A stretch of 63,972 nucleotides of DNA, filler included, from Phoronis australis (lineage: Eukaryota; Animalia; Phoronida), in the NCBI GenBank assembly GCA_002633005.1. It is 10 parts of 10 records of this genome, joined end to end, with 100 filler letters (N's around TTAATTAATTAA, not from the genome) between each part and the next. Parts side by side here need not be neighbours in the genome. Positions count along the whole stretch, not along the records: positions 49,670 to 56,901 come from NMRA01002050.1; positions 57,002 to 61,219 come from NMRA01002662.1; positions 61,320 to 63,972 come from NMRA01003521.1; 7 more parts are not named here. One strand, given 5' to 3'. Position 1 is the stretch's first letter, and each line of letters opens with the position of its first letter. Shown one piece after another: positions 52,883-63,972 of this stretch. A program made the translations under genes and the position numbers. The notes below the pieces were generated by a model, which was not told where the DNA came from, did not search any database, and saw nothing but the letters and a program-made list of their open reading frames with translations.

Positions 52883-53892
52883 CTAATGAAAATAAGATGG
52901 ATGATAGGTAAGGAATAGTCTTTTCAGAATGTGGAAACAAAATCTCCTTCAGCGAAAGACTAAAACTTGATACAATACTGCCACTAGCAGGCAAGTTATA
53001 CAGGCAGTCTACAAATTTGAGGGTGTTTTTTGAACCCAAGGTGCACACAGCGGAACAAAGTTAAGAGTATACGTGCATCTCTCAGAAACAAAATTTTCAC
53101 ATGGCTCATTATGTTAAGCCCAGTTAATAACAAAAGAAAAATTATCCCTGGCTACCATCTTTTGATAGATAAATAATAGTTAAGGGGAACTTGTACACTT
53201 GACCAGAAGATGAGCTAACATCCATCCACAAAACAGCTAAAAGAGTATTAACACTGACTGGGCAGTTTGTTGACAAAAGTCACATTACAACTTCCCTTGC
53301 TTTAATCAGAATCAATGGTATAATTAAAAATTCCTAAGTTAAGTGGAAAATATGGCTGGATAACATGAATTTTCTTTTGTCACAGTAATTTCTTAACCAG
53401 GAATATTTCTGACCAGGTTTGAAACTGTGCCCTCTAGATGCACCTGATGATAAAAAGTGTGCCTTTTTCGAAAGGTAGTGCCCAGCAGGCTTAGTGTAAT
53501 TAATTGGTAACATATGAAACAGAAAACTCAAGGGCAATCAAAACAAGAACAATCATGTTTTACTCGACTGGCTGTAAGTTGACTAGAATCTTTAATTGTT
53601 GCATTTTAAAAGACGCGTCTGGGGGGCGCACTGCTGTATTTTACTTTATTTTTTATGCGCAAATGGCGTAAAAGCGCAGTCCAGGAACATCCCTGCTTAA
53701 CAAAAGCAAAACAACAGGAAAGTACTAGTTCAAGGTTTCCTTACAGTATATTCTGCAGCTTTCATTCGGTGAAACTTTAAGGATATGTGGTAGTGTACTA
53801 TTTTGAAAATTGGAAAAATCATTTGACCAATTACAGTCATTATTCTCGATTCAAAGTGAAGTTTAATTTCTATGACTTGTGTTAGACAGTAC

Positions 53893-53973
53893 CTGGAGGT
53901 GAGGTCCAGTGTCTTTATCAAGACCTACAGCAGCAAGAACATCAATGAAACTGTTATACAGTCGTGTTGTCAT
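53893..53973 (-). CDS. DENND3: DENND3-like, first coding exon
   Basis: MTTRLYNSFIDVLAAVGLDKDTGPHLQ, like uDENN N-termini (D.F..VGLD..TG); gtactg donor, phase 0. Confidence 0.72.
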
Positions 53974-54204
53974 GGAAACTGTTTTACAGCTGTGTTGTCA
54001 TGTATTGTTTTGATAAGGGAAATGATCACTGAAATAAAAAGCAAACAAGTGAGTCACAACTTAGCTATGATTAAAATCAAGTCATTTCCAGGGTTTTTGA
54101 CTCAACTTTGGGGCCAAATATTAACCTAATTCCTCTGAAAAGCATTTAAAATGTGTATCACACATTACAAGTTCCCCATCACCAGGGAAGAGTTCAGTAA
54201 TGCN

Positions 54205-54483
54205 GGTTAGGATATATGCAGGTATGGTAGTGTGTGGTTAGGATATATGCAGGTATGGTAGTGTGTGGTTAGGATATATGCAGGTATGGTAGTGTGTGGT
54301 TAGGATATATGCAGGTATGGTAGTGTGTGGTTAGGATATATGCAGGTATGGTAGTGTGTGGTTAGGATATATGCAGGTATGGTAGTGTGTGGTTAGGATA
54401 TATGCAGGTATGGTAGTGTGTGGTTAGGATATATGCAGGTATGGTAGTGTGTGGTTAGGATATATGCAGGTATGGTAGTGTGC
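54205..54483. repeat. 31-bp minisatellite, 9 near-identical copies
   Basis: Unit GGTTAGGATATATGCAGGTATGGTAGTGTGT. Confidence 0.97.
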
Positions 54484-55722
54484 GGTTTTTTGAACCAAAT
54501 TCAGCAAAACACGTGTGCCATTGTTTGCAAACCGCAACACTGATAAGATTTAGCCCATCTGCAAGTTTTCCTGGTCGGGCAAATCACAATCAAGGTCCAT
54601 ATTCGGTGGCCACTTTTGGTGAAAAATGAAGGTTGTCATATAAGTGTGAAAGCTGGGTTATTTTAAAGTAGCATCATTCCAGGTTTGTTATCTAAAATAT
54701 TTTTGCACAAGAACCACCAAGTAAAAATTTTATGGCCCAATGCATCGCAGTTGTATAAAAGGGTACGTACACTAAAACTTGTGGTCACAGCCCACTTCTA
54801 TCATGCAAAAATACATAAAGTAGTTGTTAATTTAATAAGTTCTTGATCAAATTGAAGAAGTATCACATGCTTAAGTAAGAAAATTTATTACCCTGCTGAT
54901 CAAGTTGTTCTGGGTGATGGTACATTGCAGATATCTTAACAAAGTATATTGAGAACTTCTTCTCTTGCAATATGATTCTTACAAAAAGAAAATGACATTT
55001 AAGTAACTACTTTTTTTCAAAATCTTTAATGGTGCTATTTGCCTAGTTTTCAACACATTCACCAGCTGGTCAAAATAGTTAAAGCAACCCTAAGCTCAGT
55101 GTTCAACTTGTAAACAGTAAAAATGGTACTGGTTGGGGTGTACGTAAACTACGCACAATCAATAAACATCAAATTTTGACTAAGTTACAAATGTATGGGA
55201 TGATCTGAGTTTTGTGCTGCCTCTACTTGTTGGTTTGTTGCAAGTTGTCTTGAGAGACAGAGAACCTGCCTCTGCAACATCAGTTGTCACATGACGTGTA
55301 TTCTAGGATGTTACTAGCCAAGTCCTGTGTGGCATTTTGTTACCCACAAATTTAATAATGTCCATTGTTTTTTTGTCATACTGGATGCATTCTGGAAATA
55401 TCAGTATTGTTCATGAGAACAGCAGTATGTAAAAATACTTGGGGCAATACTTTATAGCACGTACGCTACACAGGGGTACATACACTACATTTCGATGTGC
55501 AATTTCAACAGAGAGCTACTTAATTTATGGTGCAATGCATACATGGGTGATAGTCTGAGCCAAATGAGGCATAGAGCAGTTTCGTTCATGCTGGATTATG
55601 TATGATAAATGCAGAGAATGCAACCCCAGATTTTGCAATTTCCCTCTTGTGAGCATCTGTAGTAACAATAATTACACATCACTGTAAAACACAAACAACT
55701 TACCAAGAACCAGAATGTCTAT

Positions 55723-56209
55723 GGGCCCTTTCATAATGACTTAACTCTGGTCTGAGTGAAGCGTCGACGTAATCTATGAAGTTAACTAAACCATTCATAC
55801 CGGCTTCAGAAGTTAACGAACATCGAAATAAATGGTGACATTGTTGTCATCGAAATAATCACAAGGTGGCGCTGCACGCTAAGATTTTTTTAATGTGATT
55901 TGGGAACATTTACATGTGCTAACTGACATAAAATTATTTTTAATTCGATAATTGGTGATTATTCAAGCAGAAAATAAGCAACTATTAGCGACGACACTGC
56001 CCTTTAATTGTTGATGATAACAGTGGCACCTGGCGACCGAAGCTGACCACTCATACTGCACCAAAGCATCGACGCTCCACTGTTAAATCCACTTATTTAC
56101 TGCTAAGTTACCTGGCGCTGTTAACTTCCACCTTGGACCGAAGTTAACCATTCATACTGACCGCAACTCCCCAAAACATGGACGCATCGATTTTAGTATA
56201 AAAAGGCCT
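55723..56209 (+). mobile_element. PIF/Harbinger-like MITE, full-length copy of the family at 1-464
   Basis: TIR GGCCCTTTCATA / TATAAAAAGGCC; internal GTTAAC and TCATACT repeats. Confidence 0.7.
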
Positions 56210-56659
56210 TATAGGATTCAACCTGATGAGAATATTCACACAGCTTTATAATTCTCAGTTCTGCATAATCTTCTTTGCAAATGGTTTATGTTCTCGTTTG
56301 ATAAGCACACCATTACTGAAACATGGAGACTCCTTTGATATGATAAACACATCATTACTGAGACATGGAGACTCCATGGATACATAATGCTAAATCGTAG
56401 TGAGAAACCGTCCAGAGTTGGTATATGGTGCAACTCCAGACGATCTGGGGTCAACAGAAAACCACAGGTCAACTGTGAGTCTACACCAATGTGATAACGA
56501 GAGTAGTTCTACTTGCTGCGTCAGCTGCAGGTATTCTTATCTGTTTTATGACACCTAATGTGTGACTGGGCAAAGCGTTTTCAAAATAATGTGGATAAAT
56601 CAGTGGAGTGTGAGACCCCTGAGGTCCCAGTCAAGTCCTCACAGCAATTCTACGCTATG

Positions 56660-56901
56660 AAACACACCATTACTGAGACATGGAGGATCCATTGATAAGA
56701 ACATCATTACTGAAACATGGAGGCTCCATTGATAATTACACCATTAGTGAGACATGGAGGCTCCATTGATAAGCACACCATTAGTGAGACATGGAGGATC
56801 CATTGATAAACACAAAATTACTGAGACATGGAGGCTCCATTGATAAGCACACCATTACTGAGACATGGAGGCTCCATTGATAAGCACACCATTACTGAGA
56901 C
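56660..56901. repeat. 37-bp minisatellite; two more copies at ~56299-56380
   Basis: Unit TTGATAAGCACACCATTACTGAGACATGGAGGCTCCA. Confidence 0.93.
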
Positions 56902-57382
56902 NNNNNNNNNNNNNNNNNNNNNNNNNNNNNNNNNNNNNNNNNNNNTTAATTAATTAANNNNNNNNNNNNNNNNNNNNNNNNNNNNNNNNNNNNNNNNNNN
57001 NGTCACGTGGTAGGAGTGTGACCTCGGCTGCGCTCTTCTGGCGTTAGATGTCGCACCAGGCCAAGACCAACATTGTCACGAAAAGGACATCACAACATAG
57101 AGACGCCATAGCCGAGACTGACGTCGACATTTACTACAGTTATTAGACACGTGTGTTGCACTGTTACAGACTTCATTTTCATCACATGTGTATCAGCTTA
57201 TCAGGACCCTTCCATACTGCTGGTCTTAACTTTTTTCTGTGTATTTGTTGTCTAATTTTGTGATTTATCTCGTCAGTTAGTTTATACAAATGGGTATACG
57301 CCGTGAACACATGGACAAATGCATTGCTGGAGCTGTGAAGGCTAACAACATCCGGTTCTGTCTCTGACAGCAAGAATTCCCA

Positions 57383-57449
57383 GGCGTCCTCAGCTTCTGA
57401 TCGCCCCTATTTTGTAGTGTATTGGGGACGATCAGAAGCTGAGGATGCC
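57383..57449. repeat. 67-nt near-perfect hairpin
   Basis: GGCGTCCTCAGCTTCTGATCGCCCCTAT, a 10-nt loop, then ATTGGGGACGATCAGAAGCTGAGGATGCC. Confidence 0.85.
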
Positions 57450-60400
57450 ATTCAAGAATCATGTGCTGATACTGCTGAAGACGGATTCTAAAAGCACAGT
57501 TAAAATAGTTCATTGGCAGAAACTAATATCGGTCCTCAGAATCTGATAGCGATGACTATTATTAACACCCTGTCTGTTCTCGTGGAATGTAAAAACAGTA
57601 TGATTATTTAACTTTCATCCAAGTAAACGAACCCTGACGCTGGTGAATTTGTTTTGCTGTTCACTGATTGAAATTGGGTTATGCTTATTGAAAAATGAAT
57701 AAACTACCATTGCCCTTCAGTTGGCTGACAATTACCTTGCCCCCATTGCGAAATCCTAGATATGACTGTGAGGCATTATTCGCCGAATAGCATCTGGCAT
57801 ATGAAGCCCTTAGAGGAGCCTCATCTCTACGGCCAGTCAAGTCGCTGTGGTAGAAATTCCTGTGAAGTTGTCAACTGATGTCAAAGAGTTTTTGACCAAT
57901 ACGACTATCGCTTTGCCAGTCTTGTAACTAATTTTTAAGTTCTTCACATGTAACACAGTCTTGGTAGGTCTTTGATGGATTTTCTGGATCTTTGCTTTAT
58001 TAGGAGCCCCTTTTCAAACAGTTTTGATGTAATTTGCACAACCTTGAGCCCATCTTTAATTTTGTTGGCCATCGTGTTTGTTTGAACATGTACCACTTCT
58101 TTGTGGCATAGTTGCACTCATGTGCATACATGTATTTCAGTGCTTCACATTAACGTGGTTAAATTTACAATGGGTTAAGCCTAAATGAAAACTATACATA
58201 TTCCCCCTCACGAGAAAAACATTATACTGTGTGCAGGACTCAAGCCATTCATTTTGAATCTGAAAAAGCAAATATTTCATATTTTATTTTAGAATCACCT
58301 GGTTTCGTAACGATAACAAATGTTGGCAACAATTGAGAATAGAAATATAAAACCTTTCCTTGGCAGCATGTACTTATTCCTCTCAGAGTAGTCGAACATA
58401 CTGTGCCTTGTATTTTTGTTATACCTAATATACCTTTTCAGGGTTGTTTGTAGGGTGTCAATATGATGGCAACCTGTCCAACTGGGTGCAGATTTAAACC
58501 TCAAGATGTACAATGCTGTCAAAAGAGTACATGAGCAGTGTTTCATGCCAGCAAAGTAAATAAGGTGAAAAAGGTTATGGTAAAGGATTTCACGGGTGCA
58601 GCGTGCATTTATTAAACGATTATACAGACCATGTCCCACTTGCTGCAATCCATATTGAAGACATATTGTGGAGAATAACCCGTGTTCCCTCGTGCAAAGT
58701 GTGTCAAGGGGTGTTTGTGGTGGTATTGTCAGTTTGTACATCTGAACAAACTTAAGTGCACTAATAATCGGCAAGTTTAGCTTTCCTCATTAAGTACCAT
58801 TCTCATGTTCATGGCTTGCTGTCGGAACTCTCAATTATGATAAAAAATTATCGTGCATTCAACTTCCACTACCTGCCAATATGCAGTAATCTGCCTGCCA
58901 TTTTAGTCGAGATGACGATTCACACAAAGTAATGTCTTCATCATTCTGGAATTTGGATTTGAAATCTGACTGCAGTGGCAAATATTTGATTTATATTCGC
59001 TGCGATACTCAAAAAGTATAATATTTTAGTAACGATTGAAGTTTTGTAGGACTACAAGGATGTCCTTAAATGCACTTACATGCTTCTATTTTAATTAAGA
59101 CAGTTCCTCCTTGTAATTTCAGGAAAAAAATTGGTGGAGCTATACTTGTGTTTTCTCTTCTACCACGACTGGATGAGTACGTAGATGGATGAGTCAAGTG
59201 GTGTTCCACGAAATATCATCATTTTGTCTCCTGCTTCACTCTTTTTGAGATCACTTTGATACCATTATGGAACTTCGGAGTATGAGTAGGAGCATTTAGA
59301 TAAACGCGTTCAGCTATCATATTAAGTATGATACTGGGATTGAAAAATGCTCTGTGTAATTCAATATAATTTGCTTTTTCAAATATTTCAACCATGTTCT
59401 TATTAACCAAAGCAGTCATTTTTAGTACATGCTAGATAAAGGAACATTTGGTCAATACAGCATTCAGCTAATGTTAATAACTTGTAATTATTCCTTCATT
59501 TTACAGTTGACAGTCTAGTAATTTTGTGTGTAACCTAATAGTGCTACACTTTTCCTCACTGTACACCTGTATGCCATGCCTTTGCCAAAACCTTTTGCTT
59601 TCGATTAACCTCTTCATCTAGTGTTGGTGCTTCTTGTACTTATAATGTGCATTAGCCTTATGCTACATTCGTCTTGCTTATTTCTATCTGAAGCTACAAT
59701 TGTATTTATTTTCAGTTTCTTTTATAATGTGCAGAGGTACTTGTACTTCACCTTATTCGTGATGTATAACTTTTCTTTTTGCTTGTGTTTCCTTCAAAGA
59801 ATATGTTCAGTTGTTGACAGTATTTAACATGGAACATTATACTACTGTTCAAAACTGTCATTACCATGAGCATTGTCTATTTCAAGGTTATCAAATGAAT
59901 ACGTGACTATGAATTGATGGTGTTATTCTACTAAATCTTGTTTCCTTATCCCATAAACATTTTGTGCAGATAAAGTTTTTATTTACATTTTTAAAGGCAT
60001 GCAGCGGTACCGGATAGTTACAAAAGAGAGCATCTGAAGCTGTTGGTAAGAAGGATGGCACTGATGAACAGGAAGCTGTACTATGTGGACTACACGATAC
60101 ATGTAAGTAATTGTGAAATCTAAGTGGTGTAAAGAAAATAAATGAACTATTTTTCCGATTTGCCCTTGCCTTATACAGTTTATGCTTATATGAATACTGG
60201 GACCAAACCTGTTCCTGCGCCAGTTAGCTTATTGATAAATGTGTGTGCTCCCAGCTATGAAATGCGTTACCAGTACTGTATATGACCTCATATGAACCAT
60301 ACATCACGGATTCCCAAATTGTGTAATAAATTCATGTCTGTTGTCCCACCTTTCCAATGTGTTATTTTTATGTTGGCTAAGTGCATAGTTTTGCAATATG

Positions 60401-60820
60401 TCAACAATTACTGAGTAGTGTACACATAGGTATCAAGTTACTGTCCACACGTTTTTGATGCTGTGTAATCAATGTTTAACACCAGGCTGCTTCCCAATGA
60501 TTATAAACAATTTTGTTGATCATAGACAAGCGAATTGAAACGGTGCTCACACTGGTGTTCAAACCCTTCTTGCTTATTCAATATTTGTCAAACAATGAGC
60601 GCTGGTACTTCAGTTAGCCTTCGTTTGCTTCAGTCCTGGTTAGCTTTTGTAAGTATCAAGTACTTATGAGTTCCTTATAAAATATGCAGCTGTGGGCTCA
60701 AAAATTCAAAAAATAATATTAATTTTGTTTATGTTGCACATGTAGCTTTTAACAGTGAAGTATGCCTATGGTTTGCGTGCGTCCGGTATGAAACAGTATT
60801 TTTATTGTGAATAGCTGTGC

Positions 60821-61219
60821 TGTGATGTTATAGTATTCTATGACGTCATCATTTTGTGTCATCATTCATAATTCCTGTCAATATATTTCACATTTCTTTA
60901 AACGTTTCTTCTTCCTTCTATTACAAACACATAACAGATTTTGGCGCTGTTGGCAGGATATAAAAAAGATGCTTGAGTTGGCTGGCATTATTTTGTTATT
61001 ACAACAACAAATCAACCAACAGCAAGAGAATCATTGATCAGCGTTTTGCTGAGATGATAACTAGTAGACTGATGCACCAACCAGCAACATCTACGCCAAC
61101 TTTTGGTGCGTTCGACAGTTCAGTAGAACTCTGGGAGGATTATTGGTCCAGATTCCAAACATTTTCAGGGGCACACTCCATACCTATGGAAAAACTTTCA
61201 CAAACTATCTACATGAATC
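60821..61219 (+). mobile_element. 5' end of a Gypsy (Mag-like) LTR retrotransposon: 116-bp LTR, tRNA-Ser PBS, gag start
   Basis: LTR TGTGATGT...ACATAACA (60821-60936); PBS TGGCGCTGTTGGCAGGA (60942-60958); gag-like FGAFDSSVELWEDYWSRFQTFSGAHSIP. Cut by spacer. Confidence 0.8.
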
Positions 61220-61742
61220 NNNNNNNNNNNNNNNNNNNNNNNNNNNNNNNNNNNNNNNNNNNNTTAATTAATTAANNNNNNNNNNNNNNNNNNNNNNNNN
61301 NNNNNNNNNNNNNNNNNNNACTTACCAAAAATTCACTTGACAGATACCCAAAAATACAACAAAATAAGCCCATGTTGCTAGTATACTGAGTGCAATATGT
61401 ACACTATGCCAATATTCAAGTCATGGCCTACTTGATTACAGGCATATGTTGTACAGTCATATTAAAATGAAAATTCCAGCAACACTAAACTGGTGTTAAC
61501 ACATCTAAGAAATTTGATGAATTTTTACATAAAAAGTATGAGGAGTCAGATAGACAAGTTCTAATATTCACTTGGCATAGTAGCCTAAATGTGTTCGTGG
61601 AAACATTTTGAGAGTCTTAGATTCTTGAAATTGAAAAAATCTTATTGAAATAACAGAGATCACACCTTGTGGCTGCCTAAAGTATTGGTGTCTCTGAAAA
61701 CCAAGTTTCTGGTAACTGACATGAGTTGTGATCTCACATGGA

Positions 61743-62530
61743 GTTTTTCTGCACCTACAACGACTTTTGTGGTTGCATATAGTTGGCATCCTGTCCGTCC
61801 ATTCGTCTGGCTGTCAATTGGTCCGTCTATCATTGTCCGTCAGGCGTCAATTGTCTCAAGAACCGATTGGCGGATCATGATGAAATTTGGTATAGACGTA
61901 ATCGGCAGGTATGCGCCAGCACCAGTTGATTTTCGGATGGATTTGGTTACTGTGGTATCTCATGTTGGACGCTTTAGTTTTTGACAAGCCAATCCTTGTG
62001 TGTCGATTATCTCAAAAACTGCTTGACAAATCACAATGAAATTTGATACCGAGGTATATTGCAAGAATGTGCCCGCACCAGTCAATGTTTGGATGGATTC
62101 AACTACTGTGGTACCTCTTGTTAGTTTGCGACTGCTCAAGTCATTGCTTGTCCATCGATTATCTTGAAACCGCTTAACGGATCACGATGACATTTGGCAG
62201 AGAGATAGATGGCTGGTATGCACCAGCAGCAGTTGATTTTTGGACAGATTTGGCTACTGTATCACCCCCTGTAGGCCATTTTAGTTTTTGACTAGACAGG
62301 TTGATTATTTAACAAAGCACTAGGTACAACTGGATGAAATTTGGCAAAAAGATTATATTGCAGGGATTGATGCGCTGTCAGAAGTCGATTTTCGTTTTGA
62401 TTCAACCATCCTCTTGGTCACTTTTAGTTATTGACAACATTCAACAAGACAGCCAGTTGTCCATCGATCATCTAAGTACTTATCAGGTCATCCTAGAGGC
62501 AATTTGTTAACAAGTGTTGCATTTTATATT
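61743..62530 (+). mobile_element. Helentron-associated (HINE/DINE-like) element with internal ~150-bp tandem repeats
   Basis: T-run, short inverted repeat GCACCTACAA/TTGTGGTTGC, degenerate (GTCC)n, four units marked by TGAAATTTGG-like motifs near 61880, 62037, 62188 and 62336, and a terminal hairpin near 62500-62520. Confidence 0.65.
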
Positions 62531-62593
62531 TCAACCTAATTAAAAATTATTGGTCATGGGTTGGAGAAATAAAAGAAAAATGCGGGGAGTGGG

Positions 62594-63272
62594 CAGGCCT
62601 TCATGTAGCGTACGTCCTGGGCGTCCATTTGGACGTCCTAGCACTAATCTGGACGCCCTGGCAAGGACGCCCACATTGTAAGACTACTAGGACACCACAG
62701 TTAATGAAAGAGAGAAGTTGGCCCTTTCAACTCAGAAATGTATATAAAATGTTACAGTGTTCAAACTATTTAGTAGACCTGTCAATCATAAGCTTGTGTT
62801 TGGTTGGCAGAGTATCTCTGACATAGACACCTTATGATCTGTGCATTTTTTCTTGTGTTGGTAACTGCAGCTTTGATGACTCATTGTACATAATATAAAG
62901 CTAGTTAAGATGATATGATAAACTTTATAACAGCAATTTGCACTCATCATTCAACCAAAATCTGTAATATCTGTAGTACCTGTTTGGTTAGCTATTTGTC
63001 TGTTTTCGTAAATTTAGACGTAAAAGTTTTGATCCACACAGGTTTTTTAGTAAAAAGATCACTACAAGAGAGCTGTTTTTTGTAAACTTACATGTAAAAG
63101 CTTTGTTCAATGCATTTTTTTGTAAAAAACCTCTCTGTGTGTGGGGGGAGGGGGTTACTGGTCAATGGTGGTGGGGAGTGGGGGTAACGCGTCGTTTGGA
63201 ATCATGGACGCCCTGGAATATTGGGAACCCCATTTTGGACACCCTATTTTCGAAATACTGCATAAAGCTGTG
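62594..63272. mobile_element. Old hAT-like MITE with 8-bp TSD and TGGACGCCC subterminal repeats
   Basis: Flanks GGAGTGGG / GCAGTGGG (7/8); imperfect TIR CAGGCCTTCATGTAG vs CACAGCTTTATGCAG (10/15); GGACGCCC-type motifs cluster near both ends. Confidence 0.6.
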
Positions 63273-63972
63273 GCAGTGGGTAAACAATGACCCCCCCCCC
63301 CATACAGTTTTTACTGGAACAGCCCTCACAGAATCTGACTTGGTTCATGGGATTTGAGATTTTATACAGAATAGCCATATTTCTGCAGCAAGTACGATAA
63401 TTTTAGTGTTTTGGGTTTTTAATTAAAAAACATTCAGAATTCTGTACGGGCATTCTTGCCACATATCAGGCTATCCACAATCTGTGTTTGGTTTCTCGCT
63501 ACAACTTACCTATCTTGAGTCATTCAAGGTTTTCTTATTTGATAGTTGTCTATTATTGACTGATTCCTCATGCACTTTTAATAATTACTGCGTGTTGGTG
63601 TAATAGTCATTGGCGTCATGGTTATTGGATGTTCTTCGTTTCATTATTGACCTAACCTTTAAATATTTATTTGATTTCGACAAGTGTTGCTCCTCAGACT
63701 GCTTTCATCCTGAAATTTCCCACCTTATCTGTTACCTTATAATCATGTTACGCTTGGTACAAAGTCCTATATCATACCACTGACACAAACATAGTTTAAC
63801 AAGGTTAAGTTATCGTTCAGTTTGGCTTTACAGGAACATGTCTACGTCACATGGTTTATTCAGATCTAGCTGCTTTCTTGTAAGTCTAAGTCTGCATTCT
63901 AGTGTTTGCCTAAAGTCACAAGCAGTTTATAGCTTGGCTGGTCAGTAGACAATTCGAAGCATGTGAATACTC

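Noticed and set aside
49670-56901. 31-37 bp tandem arrays as CRISPR-like repeats
   Set aside because: The units are contiguous with no unique spacers, there are no cas genes, and the context is eukaryotic.
57002-60110. Coding-looking stretches (ORFs 57277-57513, 58295-58774, candidate exon ~59997-60102)
   Set aside because: No recognisable domain in the frames I read. The apparent GTAAGT donor near 60103 overlaps a TACATGTA motif. Possibly old TE debris.

Overview
AT-rich (about 38% GC by eye) animal, probably marine-invertebrate, genomic DNA. It is at least 10 contigs joined by nine artificial 100-bp spacers (N44-TTAATTAATTAA-N44). Genes and elements stop at the spacers and do not resume, so order across spacers should not be trusted. 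Host genes: the last three coding exons of mitochondrial phenylalanyl-tRNA synthetase (FARS2, +), the first four coding exons of a DENND3-like Rab GEF (-), and exons of a MAM-domain gene (+) whose domain looks truncated. The rest is mostly transposon debris: THAP remnants, an Academ transposase, a probable AcademH-like helicase/transposase pair, hAT-type elements with 5-bp TSDs (nested three deep at one site), Harbinger-like MITEs, LOA/R1-like and L2/CR1-like LINEs, a Gmr1-order Gypsy element, a short-LTR Gypsy 5' end, Helentron-like elements and minisatellites. The most interesting items are four. (1) A 564-bp foldback insertion with an 11-bp TSD carries two outward-facing Penelope-type minimal hammerhead motifs. 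(2) TACATGTA is about 9-fold enriched, and three paired repeat comparisons show +CATGTA gained at a TA site, as expected for excision footprints. (3) A 5-bp-TSD hAT MITE family carries a self-contained tRNA-like Pol III unit. (4) A DENND3 exon-intron junction is triplicated, creating an in-frame alternative donor. I cannot claim a wholly new system; these are candidates. Family assignments come from motif recognition, not database searches.
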